Below, in pieces: positions 1 to 13,400 of a DNA stretch of 64,000 nucleotides. Below the pieces are notes generated by a model. That model was not told where the DNA came from, ran no database searches, and saw only the letters and a list, made by a program, of their open reading frames with translations. The stretch is from Candidatus Omnitrophota bacterium (GTDB lineage: Bacteria; Omnitrophota; Gorgyraeia; VGKN01): positions 12,522 through 76,521 of the forward strand of contig JAGVOB010000004.1 of NCBI GenBank assembly GCA_020052955.1, written 5' to 3'. A program made the position numbers and the translations under genes. Positions within the stretch are counted from its first letter, which is position 1. Every line of letters begins with the position of its first letter.

Positions 1-927
1 TATGGTCTAGAGGATATTTTTGAGATTTCATATGATAAACCAAGGCATACTATCACCGTTAGTCTACAAAATGAAAATCCAAAACCTGCTAAAGGCGGCT
101 CGATATTCCTGACGCCAAAGCATCTTCCAAAGGCATTTTTGGAGACCCCAGCAATCTTCCTTATGACATACGGATTGCTGGAGCTCCCGATAGCGGCTAA
201 CCTCTTAGGTATAGCAGGCGTTCCCTATGCGGTTAGTATTGGATACCTAGTTGCTCACGCTATAGGGGTGCTTCTTGACGCGCGCAGGGAAGGCCATAGC
301 GGATGGAAAGAAGCCCTGCAAACACTTAATCCGTTTAACAGGCCGGAGGTGTATATATTAACAATCCTGACAGGTTTTATAGGATATATGGTAGTGGCAT
401 TCGGCTGGGTAAGCCCGATAACATTAAGCGCGATTGCCGTCCTGACAGGTATCCACTGGCTGATTAACAGGTATTTCTACCCCAAAGAGGTGCGCTCATT
501 ATTCGGCAGGCTGGTTGAGATAGAGGCAAGGCTAAAGAATGATATGACTGATGAGGCGCTTAGCCAGATATCCGATATATTTAACGACATAGGCAATGAC
601 AAGGTAAAGACAGAAACGCTGAAGAAACTCCTGATAACGCGTAGCGGCGCCCTAAATGAGACCTTTGAATCAACAAGCAAGATAATGGCATTGGCTTATA
701 TGCTTTATGAAAATAAAACAGATGAAGCTGCTGCATTTGCGCAACAGCACAATTTAGCAGGCCTTGCTGCACAAGATAGTATAAACTCTATAGTAGATGC
801 TATAAGAGATGCATTGAAAGAAAAAACAGGCTTGGCTGCTGTATCATTGCAAGCTACTCCCGATACAACAACGGCTTCCACCACCATAACACTTAAGAAT
901 TTATTGACTGAACTCACCCAGAAGTAA
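1..927 (+). CDS. 3' end of an upstream large membrane protein, truncated by the window start; paralog of the giant gene
   Basis: Frame 1 is open from base 1 (YGLEDIFEISYDK...) to TAA at 925-927, so the TTG at 139 is probably internal. It has several TM segments, then a helical C-terminal module aligning with the giant protein's end (DEALSQISDIF/EEAFNQIGLLF; SIVDAIRDALKEKTGL/SVIQAIRKMLNTKIAL; TITLKNLLTELTQK/TQTLRELLIEFKQL). Confidence 0.85.
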   Translation, partial: YGLEDIFEISYDKPRHTITVSLQNENPKPAKGGSIFLTPKHLPKAFLETPAIFLMTYGLLELPIAANLLGIAGVPYAVSIGYLVAHAIGVLLDARREGHSGWKEALQTLNPFNRPEVYILTILTGFIGYMVVAFGWVSPITLSAIAVLTGIHWLINRYFYPKEVRSLFGRLVEIEARLKNDMTDEALSQISDIFNDIGNDKVKTETLKKLLITRSGALNETFESTSKIMALAYMLYENKTDEAAAFAQQHNLAGLAAQDSINSIVDAIRDALKEKTGLAAVSLQATPDTTTASTTITLKNLLTELTQK

Positions 928-948
928 CCGTATCATTTTTTGTGTAAC
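925..948 (+). repeat. Conserved post-stop sequence TAACCGTATCATTTTT-NN-TGTAAC, copy 1
   Basis: The same sequence starts at the giant ORF's stop codon (62583-62606). Confidence 0.85.
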
Positions 949-1133
949 TATTTATAAAATAATATGTTATATAACAAGATGAGTCTAGGGTATCAGATTT
1001 AATTTTTCCTATACTTTTATTTTTAGAAAGGTCTGATTTTGTTTCTAACATTCAGAAAAACGGGGAAATTAATTAACGCTTCCCGGCAGAGCAACCACAT
1101 AATAATGAATGTATTATGCTTACTTGTAAAATC

Positions 1134-1185
1134 AAACAAAATTTAGATAATTGATCCTTGTATTTTTATGGAGACAGGATATAAT
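1134..1185 (+). promoter_or_regulatory. Putative sigma70-type promoter with conserved upstream 15-mer
   Basis: AAACAAAATTTAGAT (1134-1148), 9 nt, TTGTAT (1158-1163), 16 nt, TATAAT (1180-1185). The same layout recurs at 62877-62928. Confidence 0.65.
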
Positions 1186-1358
1186 TATAGTATGAAAACC
1201 TTAATGGTTGTCAATTTTTTTTGGTACTTTATACTGATCTTTACAATTAATTTAAAAAGTTTTCGCGATTGCTTTGAAATTATAAAAATGCAAAATGATA
1301 TATAAACCGCAGCAACGAGTAGAATTTTGATATATAAAAACTCGTAAGGGAAACCAAA

Positions 1359-1478
1359 ATGGTAGACTGGCAGACAGGCGGTAAAAAAATGTGGATTAGA
1401 CTAATAGCCTTGGTTATAGCCGAGGTTTTTTTATTTACATCGATAGACCTGCCGTTTAGTAATTCTAACGCATATGCG
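1359..1478 (+). other. N-terminal Sec signal peptide, predicted cleavage AYA|S
   Basis: Basic n-region (KKMWIR), hydrophobic h-region (LIALVIAEVFLF), A-Y-A at aa 38-40. Conserved in the downstream paralog (AHA|S). Confidence 0.7.
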
Positions 1479-4400
1479 TCTCCCCAGGAAAAACTTGTTC
1501 CCCCCATGCTCACAGGCAAATCCAAGGCCGACTCCCAAAGAGCAAGAGAAAATGAAATTATAGAAGGTCTGCTTCCATATCTTTTGAGAGACTTGAGGCA
1601 GCTTTATCCGGACGAATCTGCCCAGCAGATAATGTTAAGGGTACATAAACAATATAGCGATAGGATTACATGGTTTTCGGTTATGGGAATGACTGAAGAT
1701 AAACTGGGTCAGCCGGGGCATACCTATGCCTTTTCAATAGATAATAAAAAGGAGCCGGCACATTTTATAAGCGTTACCGTAACAGATGGTGCGACAAAAC
1801 TCCAGCCTTTGGATAAGATAAGTTTTGTAGATGATATAAGAAATAACAGAATCCGCCCCATCTCATTCTCTAATTTACCGATAACTGTTGCAGAGGTATT
1901 TGAGGTTCAAGGGGCCGGAGAAGGCGGGGGAAAAGAATTAAATATTGTTAAACTAGACAGTACAGACTTACTGTCTAAGGCAGCGGGGCTTTCGGGCTTG
2001 CTAATTGGTTACAGCGCAGGAGAGGGTAATATTGTATGGCGCATAGTCCTTGGGCTCGATGGTGTTTTCCTGCCAGGCCCGGGCACTATTATAAAACTTT
2101 CTCAGATAAATGACCTGGCTCAGATACTCCAAGCCCTAAAGGGCGGAACTGGACTTCCACAGGCAGATTTAGAGTTAACCCCGGAGAGATTAAAGTTAAT
2201 CCCTGCTATAACAGCTCCAGGCGCTCCTCAATTCCAATTAGTAAGAGCCGCAGCCACTAAAGAGGATGCCTCAATCACAGATAAACCCTTACGGGTATAT
2301 GTCTCAGAAGTTAATGTTGCAAAAGAGCCAGATATAAAGACACATCCGCCTACGGGGCCTCCGACAGGCTCCCTTGGCTTGTCTGCCATTATTCATCAAG
2401 CACCTATCACAGTAACCGTTTCCCAAATAACACCCCCTACCACAAGTAAAGTCCAAGTAGCTAAAGTAGAACAACCTGTAACTCCGCCCGCCGAAGAAGA
2501 AACCGCTCAGACACAAGAATTAGCCGAGACAATAGCAAGCCTTCAAAGACAGCTTGACCTTGCAAACCTCCTTCTTTTTACTCCATATCCTTCCAAAATA
2601 ATTTCTGCGCTTAGTGAAGCAATTAGGGTTGCAGAAGATGCGCTTAATAAACCAACACCTGATTTAGAGTCTCTAAGAGTGGCTGAGCTATACCTTAGTA
2701 GTGCTATAAATGAAGCCGTTATGACAGAGCCGATATCATACGTTTCTAGCTTACCGCAAGCCACAACACCACCCAGCGTAATTCCTCCGCCAACAGCAAC
2801 CTCCGCCTCTGTTACGCCCGAGCTGCTACAGGTAGCAGTAATTGAACCAACCAAAGGTGCGGTTGTAATGCCAAGGGTAGGACAATTGGCTGTTAAATTA
2901 GCGGCACTTGAGCCAGCAGGCGCTGCGGGAGAAGTTATAGTTACGGGAACAACGAGCAGTGTTTCTTCAGCCGCACCATCAACAGCAGCGGTTCAGCCTC
3001 TAAGAGCGGAGAAAGAATTAAGGGTTTCTGCTCCTGCCGTACCGTCTTCTATCAGTCCAGCCACTCAAATATTAGAGATTGTGATAAGGGCGCGGGCGTT
3101 ACTTACCAAAGCCAACAAAGAAAATGTTGTGAGCTTGTTAAAACAAACTGATATCCAAATATTAAAAGCCGCCCAGACAGAACTCGTAGATATAATAGGT
3201 ATCCAACCGACAGAAATTATGGCAACAGATGCTATAAGAATTGTTAAATTTACGGGGGTTCAACTTTATTACCAAAACGGAATGCCATATCTGACAGAGG
3301 TTATTGGAAAACTGCAGATTTATGATGCCCAATTTGAGAAGTTGTTTAGACAGTTAGCGGCCATAAGAGCGAGCGAAACAGTAGAGATAAGAGGCGCGAT
3401 AGAAAAAGTTCAATTGGCAAAATGGCAGTTTATAACAAAGGTTGTGCAGGAAGCGATTATTTTAAGAGAGCCAAGCGCGGCTATATCTACGGCACATATT
3501 TCCCCGGCAGTAACTTCAGCTGGCACTGCTGGGGCTAGTTTACCTTCAGTGCAAGGTCCAAAGGTAGTTGCTCTGGCAGAAAAACAATCTACAAGAGCTG
3601 TTGCAACTACAACAGGACAAGCAATGGCTACTACCGGCGTAACCAAACCTATAGTTGCTTCTGCTTCGCTTCCCACTGCGAGATCGACAACACTCGGACC
3701 GGCTGTGCGAACAGCTAAGGTAGCTAGTACATCTATCGCAATACCTGAAGTTGCGCCAACGATAGCACCTGCAGTCGTTCCGCAAGTTAAACCATCCAAA
3801 ACTACAGCCACCGCTACTGCTGCCGCAGTTCAGCCAACCACCAAAGGTATTTTTATACCCGAGTCCATTAAAAGGATTATAGTTACAGTTTCCCTGCTGG
3901 GAGTTTTGATTTTACTGCAAAATATACTTCCTTTACCCGGATTAGACAAGCTTGGAATGGGTATAGGCAGTATGTTTGGAATGAAGAGTGGGATATTTGG
4001 CCTTGGTCTTCAGCCTTATATCATCGCTTCTTCCTTGGTTCAAGTAGGTGCCGCCTTTATCCCTGCCCTTAAGAAATATGCGGAACTCGGCAAAAGCGGA
4101 CAGGCGAAACTGGCCGGGTACACTATGATACTTACGCCTATTATTGCGCTATTTTTAGGATTCTCTAATTTAGCTTCTATTGGTGGTATGTTTGCAATTG
4201 GTGGACTGACTATTTCAGGCCCGTTATTTTTAATATTAGCAGTTTTGGGTATGTCTCTTGGTTCGTTCTTGATAGCATTTGTCGGGGAAAGGATAACCAA
4301 GCATGGTTTGGGTCAGGGCACAACACTTATTATATTTACAAGTATATTAACCTCAATCCTTACCTCAGGGGCATCTGTTTTAAGCGGGGTTTCTGCGCTT

Positions 4401-7400
4401 CACATTTTCTCCATTTTAGCGCTAGGTGTAGTAGCAATTGTTTTACATGTCGTTACATTTAAGATACCACTTAAATTTGTAAGCAACATTAAAGAGGTAA
4501 AAGGGGAACTTCCTCTTAGAATGAACTACACAGGCACAAATGCCATTATGATAAGCTCTATGTTAGCGTCGCTTTTAGGCGCTGCTATGGGCGGTTGGCA
4601 GGGTATACTTATAAACAGCATAGCCATACTGGCTATGACAATTTTTACCACATACAGCACATTTACTCCTGATAAGTTGAGCAAAAACCTAAGTGCTCTC
4701 GGCGTCCAAGTGCCGGGAGTAGACGAGAGTAAATTAGGAAGTTATATATGGCGAAAAAGACTTTTATGGATAACGATACTGGGCGGCGTGGCTGTGGTGT
4801 TACTCGCTGGCTTACCAGGTCTTATATTAAACGGATTTAATCCCGCGCAGGCAGGTCCTGCAGGAATGGGTGCGATATTCGGAGGAAGTACGTTATTGTT
4901 GTTGGCGAATGCGCTGGTTGAGGTTTGGAATAATATAAGATATGCAGGGGCAAAGGGAGAAGCGCGAGGAGAGATTCAGCTGGCAGCAAAAGTCCAGAAG
5001 AAACCTATTATAAAAGTAGCAGGGTTTACCATTAAACAGATTTTGCCTTTTGGTATAACAGTTGCAAGTTTAGCAGGGATAGTTCTATTAAGTAATTATC
5101 TTGCCACAATAGGCGCTCTTATCGCGTTTATGTCAGGTATCTCTGTATTCGTTGTAATGGCGGCTATAATTAGTGCAATAGGTTATGGCGTGTATCTTAT
5201 AAGAAAGCATCAAATAGATTTTAATAAGTCTGTGGAGTTTTTAGGTGAGCTTACAGCGGGCCCAGCGTTTTTAATAGAAAACAGGGTTAAAGATTTTATG
5301 AATGAAGCGGAGACTGCCGCTAACCTGCCAGAAAATAGCAGATTTATTGAACAGTATGTAGAAGCACATAGAGGCGTTGCCGAAGAGCTTATCTTAAGAG
5401 AGCGCGCCAAGACAGAGATTATGAGACAATATATCGTTAAAAAGACGCACGAACAGTTATTATCTGATAAAACCGCAAGCTATGAAGAGGCTGATGCGCA
5501 TCTAGGGAAAATAAGGATAGATGCCATTGCCTTAGGCATTACCGCAATACAGTTATACAGGAGACGCGTTTCGGGTGAGACCAGGCTAGAGGCAGATAAG
5601 CTTACAGGCGCCAAAAGGATTATAAGGGAAAATCCCGTAGCCGATTTTACAATTCATAGAAATCAGATATTCGGCATATGGTTTTTGACTGAGATTAAAC
5701 ACTTTAGGGGCAGATTTATGACATATTTAGTAAGGATATTGAGTCCGTTCCTTCCTGAGGAGGCAATGGCAAAGATTAAGGGGTATGCCGTACAGGTTCC
5801 CACAGGTGAAGGTAAAAAGGAAATGGTTGGAATTGCCGCATATGTAATGTCAAGGGCGAACAAGGGAGTGCTTTTGGCAACGCATGCGCCGGACCTTGTA
5901 TATGAACAGGCAGTGGATATGGGCGATATATTTGCCTCGTGGCTTGATACGTCAGTTGGCGCAGTAGGCATACCAAACGAACAGGGAGAACAGACGTATT
6001 ATACCTTCAAATATGATTCAGATATGAATGAGGTAGAGGTAAGGCATGAAAAAGAGACGGCCAAATTTATACCTGCATATGCGTGCGGCGCTACATACGG
6101 CACGATGTCAGCATTTAACTTTCATAAACAGTTAGAAAGGATGGGTAGAGAAATTAGAAGAATTTATTCTGCCATACTAGATGAGATAGACGAGATTTTG
6201 CTTATGCAGGGCGTAAACCCTCACATCATATCTAAAGGCGATAAGGATCCGTTTGTAGAATTGGTTAATCAGCATATGGAAGACATTCTTAAGGTTATCT
6301 CCAGATTAGAAGCCGGAGAGCTTATATATGAACAAGGCCGGGTGCAGTTGGTTAATGCAGGACGCATAGAGGAGATTCTTAAGGATAAAGCGCACTCAAG
6401 AGAGGTAGCGGCAATATTTAACGACTATAGAATCGCAAGCTTTATAATAGGACGCCTGGTTAAGGAGTTAGCTGATAATCCGGATAATTACACCGTTGAC
6501 GAAGAAACAAGAAGAGCAACATTAACAGATAATGCAAAGGAATATATCAAAGAGTTTCTCGGAATTCCCGATGATAAGAATCTAAATGAATGTCCGGCGC
6601 TTGCGCATTTTGTGTGGGCTGCAATGAACGTTCAATTTAACTGCAGAAGGACTACGAAAGAATTAAGCGATTTATTTATGGTTATCTCCCAATTAAGAAA
6701 GGGAGATGTTAGATTTGACGCGGCTTCTGGAAAGGCGAGTTTTGCTGATCAGGGAATTATAGAGAAGATACTACGAGACGAGGAGCGCGTAATGGCTGTA
6801 TCCAGCGTACTTAGCGATCCGACACGCCACATAATAGGTTATTTAATAGGAGAGATGCGGAAAGATAAAACCAATTTTGTTCTTAAAGATGGAAAACCAG
6901 CGTTAAGCGATAAAGGAAGTAGATATATAAAAGAATTCCTTGGAATTCCCGAAGAAGCAAATCTTAAAGATTATCCCAGTCTTTCAAGCTTGATAGAAAA
7001 AGCATCTGATTTTAGCGCTAAGCCGAATGTTTCTATAGAATATGGTCTGGTTGAGATTAAGGATGATAAGAGTAATATAATAGGTTATGACGTAGTAGGT
7101 TATAACTCATCAACAGGCCAGTGGATGATAGGCCAGACCTATACCGACATACATCAGGCTATGGTTATTAAGGAGTTGTTTGCTGAGGTAAATAAGGGCG
7201 TAAGAGGCAAGATACGCTTTGTGGCAGAAAATGAGGCTATAAGCCAGCAGATGAACCAGTTATTCCTTAAGGATTGTTATCATGAGGCGGGAACATCGGC
7301 GACTTTAGAAAGAGAGGCTGTAAGGAGAGAATGGGAGACTTTAGGCCTTTTGGTCAGGAGTCTTTCTAAGGATAGGGCACCTGCCGTTGTAAATTTAGGG

Positions 7401-10400
7401 GTTGATGTATATTTGACTCGCGAAGAAAAGGCCCAGCCTATTACTAGGACAATAGCCGATAACGGTCAAAGAATTTCCGGAACCCTCATAGGTGTTTTTA
7501 CGGACCAGGGGGTTAATTGGGCAAGATATACTCTTGCGCGCCAGTTGCGCGAAGAGGGTTTTGAGGTTTATATAATTGACCAGCATACAACACCGGAAGA
7601 GATTAAGATGGCTAAGGGAAAGGCTAAGGATTTAAAACATAATCCAGACCCAAAATGTATTTTCATCATGAACCCAAGAGGAAACCGCGGGGTCAACCTG
7701 GCCGGTACTGTCCCGGATCTGCTATGTATAGCAGCAGAGATACCCGACACTAAAGACGCCCTTATACAGTTACTCGGCCGTATCGGAAGGCAGGGCGTCC
7801 AATGTTTTGTAAAGGAGATATATTCCCTTAGCGATAGTGATTTGTTCAAGGAGCATAACAGAGACCTGTATAATAAATTTGTTAAAAGCGGCATGACAGG
7901 AGAGATTACAGGCAGGAGAAGGGATAGCGTTCTAAAAGGTATAGAGAGTGCGCAGGAGATAATGGCATTAAGGCAGTCCGGCTCGCGTATAGACCTCGGC
8001 AGGTTCTATGGGTTGGTTCATGAGACATCCCAGAGAAGATTCGCCATGGAGGAGGGTATAGGAAGGCGTTCTACAGGGGATTTGAGGAAATATATATTAG
8101 GTTTAATTGAAGAGGATATGAAGCCCGAGGTTAAGCTTAATATTTTAATTCTCTTAAGCCTCCTCAGCGAGGAAACAAAAGGGGCTGTTGTAAGTATTAT
8201 AGATGAAGCGATTATGAACGAGTGGAGTAAATATCTTTCAGGAATCCAAGACCTGATGAAAAAGATTCAACTTGCCCAGTTTAAAGGAAAAGATCCCTTT
8301 GGAGAGTTTGCTCTTGGAGCTGCGAGATTAAGAGATAGTTTTAAAAGAGAGGCTGCCCGCAATATTGTAATGGCTTTAGCAAGCGTACATCCAAAAACCC
8401 TTTTAGAGATAAAACAGAGATTAGATGAAGAAAAGAGGATAGAGAGGGAAGCGGCTGCCTATTTTGGGGAAAGGCAGGTTGCATCTGAAGGAATAACTTT
8501 TGCGCTTGAGCCTGCTATAACAGAGGAAAGAGTATTTAGTGCCGCCGGCATCCTTAAGGATTTAACATCTCTAGCGCTTGATAAATCAAGGGCACCACAG
8601 ACAGGGATGCTCCATATTAAAGTGGGCGATGCAGAATTTATCCAGATAGGAGGGCACCTGCAGCATGGTGCAAATGCACCTGTTGAGGTAGTCTCATATG
8701 GACAAAACGGCGATACAACAAGGCCTGTTATAATAGTAAAGCTGAATCGTCCGGAAGATGTGGATAGAAAATTTTTAGAAGATTTTCTGATTCCCGATTT
8801 ACGTATGAAAATTTCTCCTAATGCAAGGGTTATATTTGTGTATTCCGGAAGCGAGAAGGAATTTAAGGCAAAGAGATATGAGATAGCGAGGGTTTATTCG
8901 CTGGTAAACTCTATCTCCAAAAAACATACAAAACAGGCAATCACCGGTTATATATGGGACAAAACAAATGAATCTCCAGCGCTTGAGCAGATAACGCCTT
9001 ATGTTATTCCTGTTTTCGATAAACTTGCCCACTGGCTGTCAAGGCTTAAGACACGAGCTCCAACGAGAGAACAGCTTAAATATAATTTTGTTCAGGTTTT
9101 AAAGTCTATTAATAGGGAAAACATAAAAGAATTAATTACAAATATCACGACTTTCAGATGGCAGGATATAAATTCTCAGAGTTTATTTAAAGTCTTTGCT
9201 CCCTCCTTAATGGTTTTAGGTGCAGTATTGCTCCCGTTAAAAGTATGGCTCTCGGGAGCTGGTATATCCGGGATAGAGGCCTTAATTACACCCAAACCTG
9301 TCTTGACTCAACAGGCACAATATGCAGGGCAGAGTGCAGGGTTAAGCCCTGATGAAAGAAATGAGATTGCACAGGTTCCCGTAGGGCAGCAGGTTGCTCA
9401 AGAATCCGCAGTACCTCAAGCGGTTGTCAGGGCAGAGCAAGCGCCTGCTGTAGCGCCTCAAGAAACAACCGCTGAACAGGCTAAGCCCAGCATATTCCAG
9501 CAAGCTTGGGCTGGCATAACAGGTCTATTCGCTTTTACAAAGCAACCCACTCAAAGAACTCAAGAAACTCAATATACTCAAATTGGTTTACCCAGCGCGC
9601 CTTATCAAGAGGTTACAGTCGGCTCACCACCTCCACCACCTCCGGAAAAACTAAATCCATTCCAGCAGTTCTGGTCTTTTGTGACAACCTCTTTTAGCAC
9701 TAATACTAATATTGCTTCTGCCTACACAGGCGTACCTCAGGTTGAAACATATACGCGTGATTTGTTACCATGGGTCATATTTTTTGGCATATTTGGTAGC
9801 ATTCTTGGTGTAAGAAAAAGAGATTTAATTGGAAATTTCCTGCGCAATGGATTAACCAATATTCCTGGCTTTATCAAGATAGCAGTCCCTGTCCTTATAG
9901 TTATGTTTTTATTATCAAATTCTACGCCAACACAATCAGTAATTGCACCGCCCCCAGCCAAAGAAACAGTTGTGCCTGTTATTATACCTACTGTAGAGCC
10001 CATAAAAAATATGGCGGAACTGCCCGCTAAGATTGATGAATTTTACACTTCCACTGAGATTTCAAATTTATTACTTCCGCCCGCACTAATATCTCTACAA
10101 AATGTAGGTAATTTCTTAAAAGTGCTCGGAGGTACTTCTCTAAAAACTCCAGAGGAAATAGTTGCCCTTAAGCAGGCGCAATATCAGAGAGCCACAGGAA
10201 AGACAATGAGTGAAAGTAACCGAAGCCTTCTACTTGAGTTTGAAAGTAAGAGGAACGACCCAGCTTCTTCGCCCGAGGAGGTATTTCAGCTATACAGTAG
10301 AATCGCAGGGAATCCAGAAATTGTATTTGACTATGGAAGCAGTATGGCTATTTGGGTCGAATTTAGAGAGAGTTTAAACTCGCCGGATAGTGCGAAGATA

Positions 10401-13400
10401 AAAGTTCTTTTAAATTCAATTTTATCCATTCCTCAGTTAAGGGATTTTATAAATAAGAAAGACCCAGCCCTTATCAAAGATTTAGAGCTTGCCCAGAGGG
10501 TTCTTTCGGGAGAGGTAAAACTTACCCCTGAGGTATGTGAGGTATTAGAGCAACTCGGCGCTAAGCTCACCGATTTAGGGAGAGATAAAGATAATCATGA
10601 AGAATTACTCAGAATTGATAATGAATTAAATCAGGTTATTCTGGATACTTCAAACCAACTGTTAAGCAATATATCTGAGGAAGAGTTGGAGAATTGGTTT
10701 AAGGAGAGAGGAATTACTATTTTGTGGGATGTAAAGGAAGAAGAAAAGCAATTCAGTAAACTTTATTTAGCTACATTAATATCACTTTTCTCCCTGTCAC
10801 AGATTCCGCCAGAGAGATACAGGGACTTGAATATAAGGATTTCTAATGATAGCTTTGCCTACAACTTTAAGACCGATACCATGGAATTTAACTTTCAAGA
10901 TACATTTGAAGGCTGGTATCCGATAAGAAGCGGTTTAATTGATTCAAGGACCACATTAGTTCATGAGATTTCTCATCGCTGGGACCTTAAATATCTGTCT
11001 GAAGACCTAAGAGCCCAGTTTTATAATATCAGCTGGGACTTTGAGCAGGTAAAGCAAAGACAAAGAGAAAGGGATGAAGCAACTGAGAAAGGGGAGAGGG
11101 TTATAATTTTGGACAGCACGAGAGAAGACGCGAATTTAGACAGGGATTTTCTGTGGGGGCACATTGTTCAAGGAGAACTTTCAAGTGGGATGGCAGTTGA
11201 AGACATAGCAAGAACAGTACAGGTCTTATATACAAATCCCTCTTTTGCTGTTAATAATGCTATTGATAACATAACTGAGTATGGAGACCCTGATTTAGCC
11301 CAGAAGATATTTTTCGCTTATGGGTTTTATGGGAGTGTCTCCAACAATGAAATATGGATAATACGCAGTGATGGCGCACCAGTTAATGAGGATGATGGCG
11401 TATATGTTTTTAAGCGAGATGGCAAGGTGTTTGAGGTAAAGATTGAAAATGGCGTAGCTGCAAAACCGCGCGAATTACCCGCTGATTTTAACCCAAATCC
11501 TTTCATACAGAAGTTATTTTCTCAAGCAACACCTCCAAAGCAATTTAGTCTATTGGATGTTATCACGGTCCGTGGCGCCTCTGCGTATACAGGCACAGGG
11601 CAGACAGGAATATTTACGCCTGATGTTCTTGGGTTAGTTGTATTCTTAGGTATATTTGGCGGTATTATTGGCATAAGAAAAAGAGATTTAATTTTTGATT
11701 TTCTACGTCGTGGCTTATCTAATATTCCACGTATCTCGCCACGTCTTGTTATAACTATGCTGGTTCTGTTGCTTGTAGCTACCTCTTGTGCACCGGCACC
11801 AACCGGGGGAAATCCTCGGTCAATAGCAACTTTGGCTCCCCCATATGAAGTAACCGAGACATTAATACCACCTGTTAAAGCTACACCACTTCCAACCGCT
11901 ACACCTTATGCAACAGTAGGGGATTATTTATCCAAAAAAGGTTTACCCGGCACTGTTTCTGAAGCTGAACTATCAAGATTTACGAGCCAGTTATTTGAAA
12001 AGCTTCTTGAGGATATGTATAAGGAAGGAACGCTTCCAAAAGTAGCAGGTTACGAAAAGGTATATACAGAGTTTATTCAGACATTGCGTAAACCCGGCGC
12101 TGTTAAGGTTTCTCCAGATACAAATGTTTTCTATTATATTAACCTTCACTCAGAATTACTTAGTAACGGTGTAATAGCGACAGATATACTTGTAAATAGA
12201 GGTATTATCAGTCCCGATTTTCCGCTTGATTTATTAAAGGATACCTTAAGACATGAATTTGTGCATTTTGTAAATAAAGACCTTACAAGAACCAAACTTG
12301 TGCTTAATGAAAGACTGAGAGAAGCTCTTATAAAGGCATACTCATTGCCGATACCTCAGGATAAAGATAAGGACCCGGACGATAGAGGAATGTATTTATA
12401 TAATAATTTTATTGAGGTACTCAAAAAGGACCAGAATCTGAGAGAAGATATAAAACGCCTGATAGCGGTATTTGTAGAAGACGAATACCTTGCATATGTT
12501 CAGGAGGCAAAATATACGAAAGTGTTGAGTAGTTTGCATCCAGAGTTGCGTATGCACGGTTTCTTTAATCCTGATGGCACAGTAAGGGATGAGATGGGTT
12601 TAAGGCTATGGATACTTGAGAGAACCATCCCGTCTATAAATCCGCACCTTCATCAGTTAGCAAATGAGATAGAAAGAATAGAAGGCAGGGCAGATTACTA
12701 TCCAGTTCCTGCTGGCGAGAAGCCTTACCGAAGATATAGCTTTAGAGCAGCCCATCCCCTAACAGGAAAAGAAGTAATTATTTCTTACCCTCTTATTATA
12801 CCAAAGGTTCTAATCAAGGAAGAAGTAGGCGGTGTTAAAACAGCACTTGGTCTTCCAGAGGAGATATTCGGAGAGGTTGCTCCATATTTTAGAAGAGAAC
12901 AATTAAGAGGAAACTATTTTGAATATCTTAAGAATAAGACTTATAAGGATTACAGAATTCTAGCTCCAAAACCAACCTCTATGTTACCACAGGATACCCT
13001 TATTAGCTTTGCCGGAGATTTAGTTACAGGCTTCCTTACGGCTAATGCCGTCCAGGCCGCAGGCCCAACACTGACCTCGACTAAAGCAGAAGTTGATATT
13101 CCAGGCCTCTTGCTTGTAGGCGGTGCCTCCTTGTTAATAGCCATATTTGCAGTTGCAGTAGCAAGGCCCTTGGGCGGTATGTTTAAGTTTGTATTCAATC
13201 CCCTGCCGTTATTGGTTATCTTAGCAGGAATCCTGCTTGCATATTTAGCGTCTACCGCTACTGTTTATCCTGCAACCCTTACCCCGGAGCAGGCAGATAA
13301 AGCCGCAACGGTAATTGAAGAAGTATTAAGAGCCCCCACGCCTCCGGGCGCCCCGCAGAAAGACCCGAATAATGAGAAATTCCTCAAATGGCTTGCAGAG

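Noticed and set aside
139-927. 262-aa ORF as a complete gene starting at TTG 139
   Set aside because: The frame is open from base 1 and there is no clear RBS at 139, so it is better read as the tail of a longer gene.
1023-1118. Short inverted repeats TTAGAAA/TTTCTAA (~1023-1048) and CATAATA-N7-TATTATG (1098-1118) as terminator or operator
   Set aside because: They are AT-rich 7-bp stems likely to arise by chance, and are not conserved in the second intergenic region.
5040-5210. TM pair between the SecY-like and SecA-like domains as SecE or SecG
   Set aside because: No SecE or SecG motif is recognisable; it can only be called a membrane linker.
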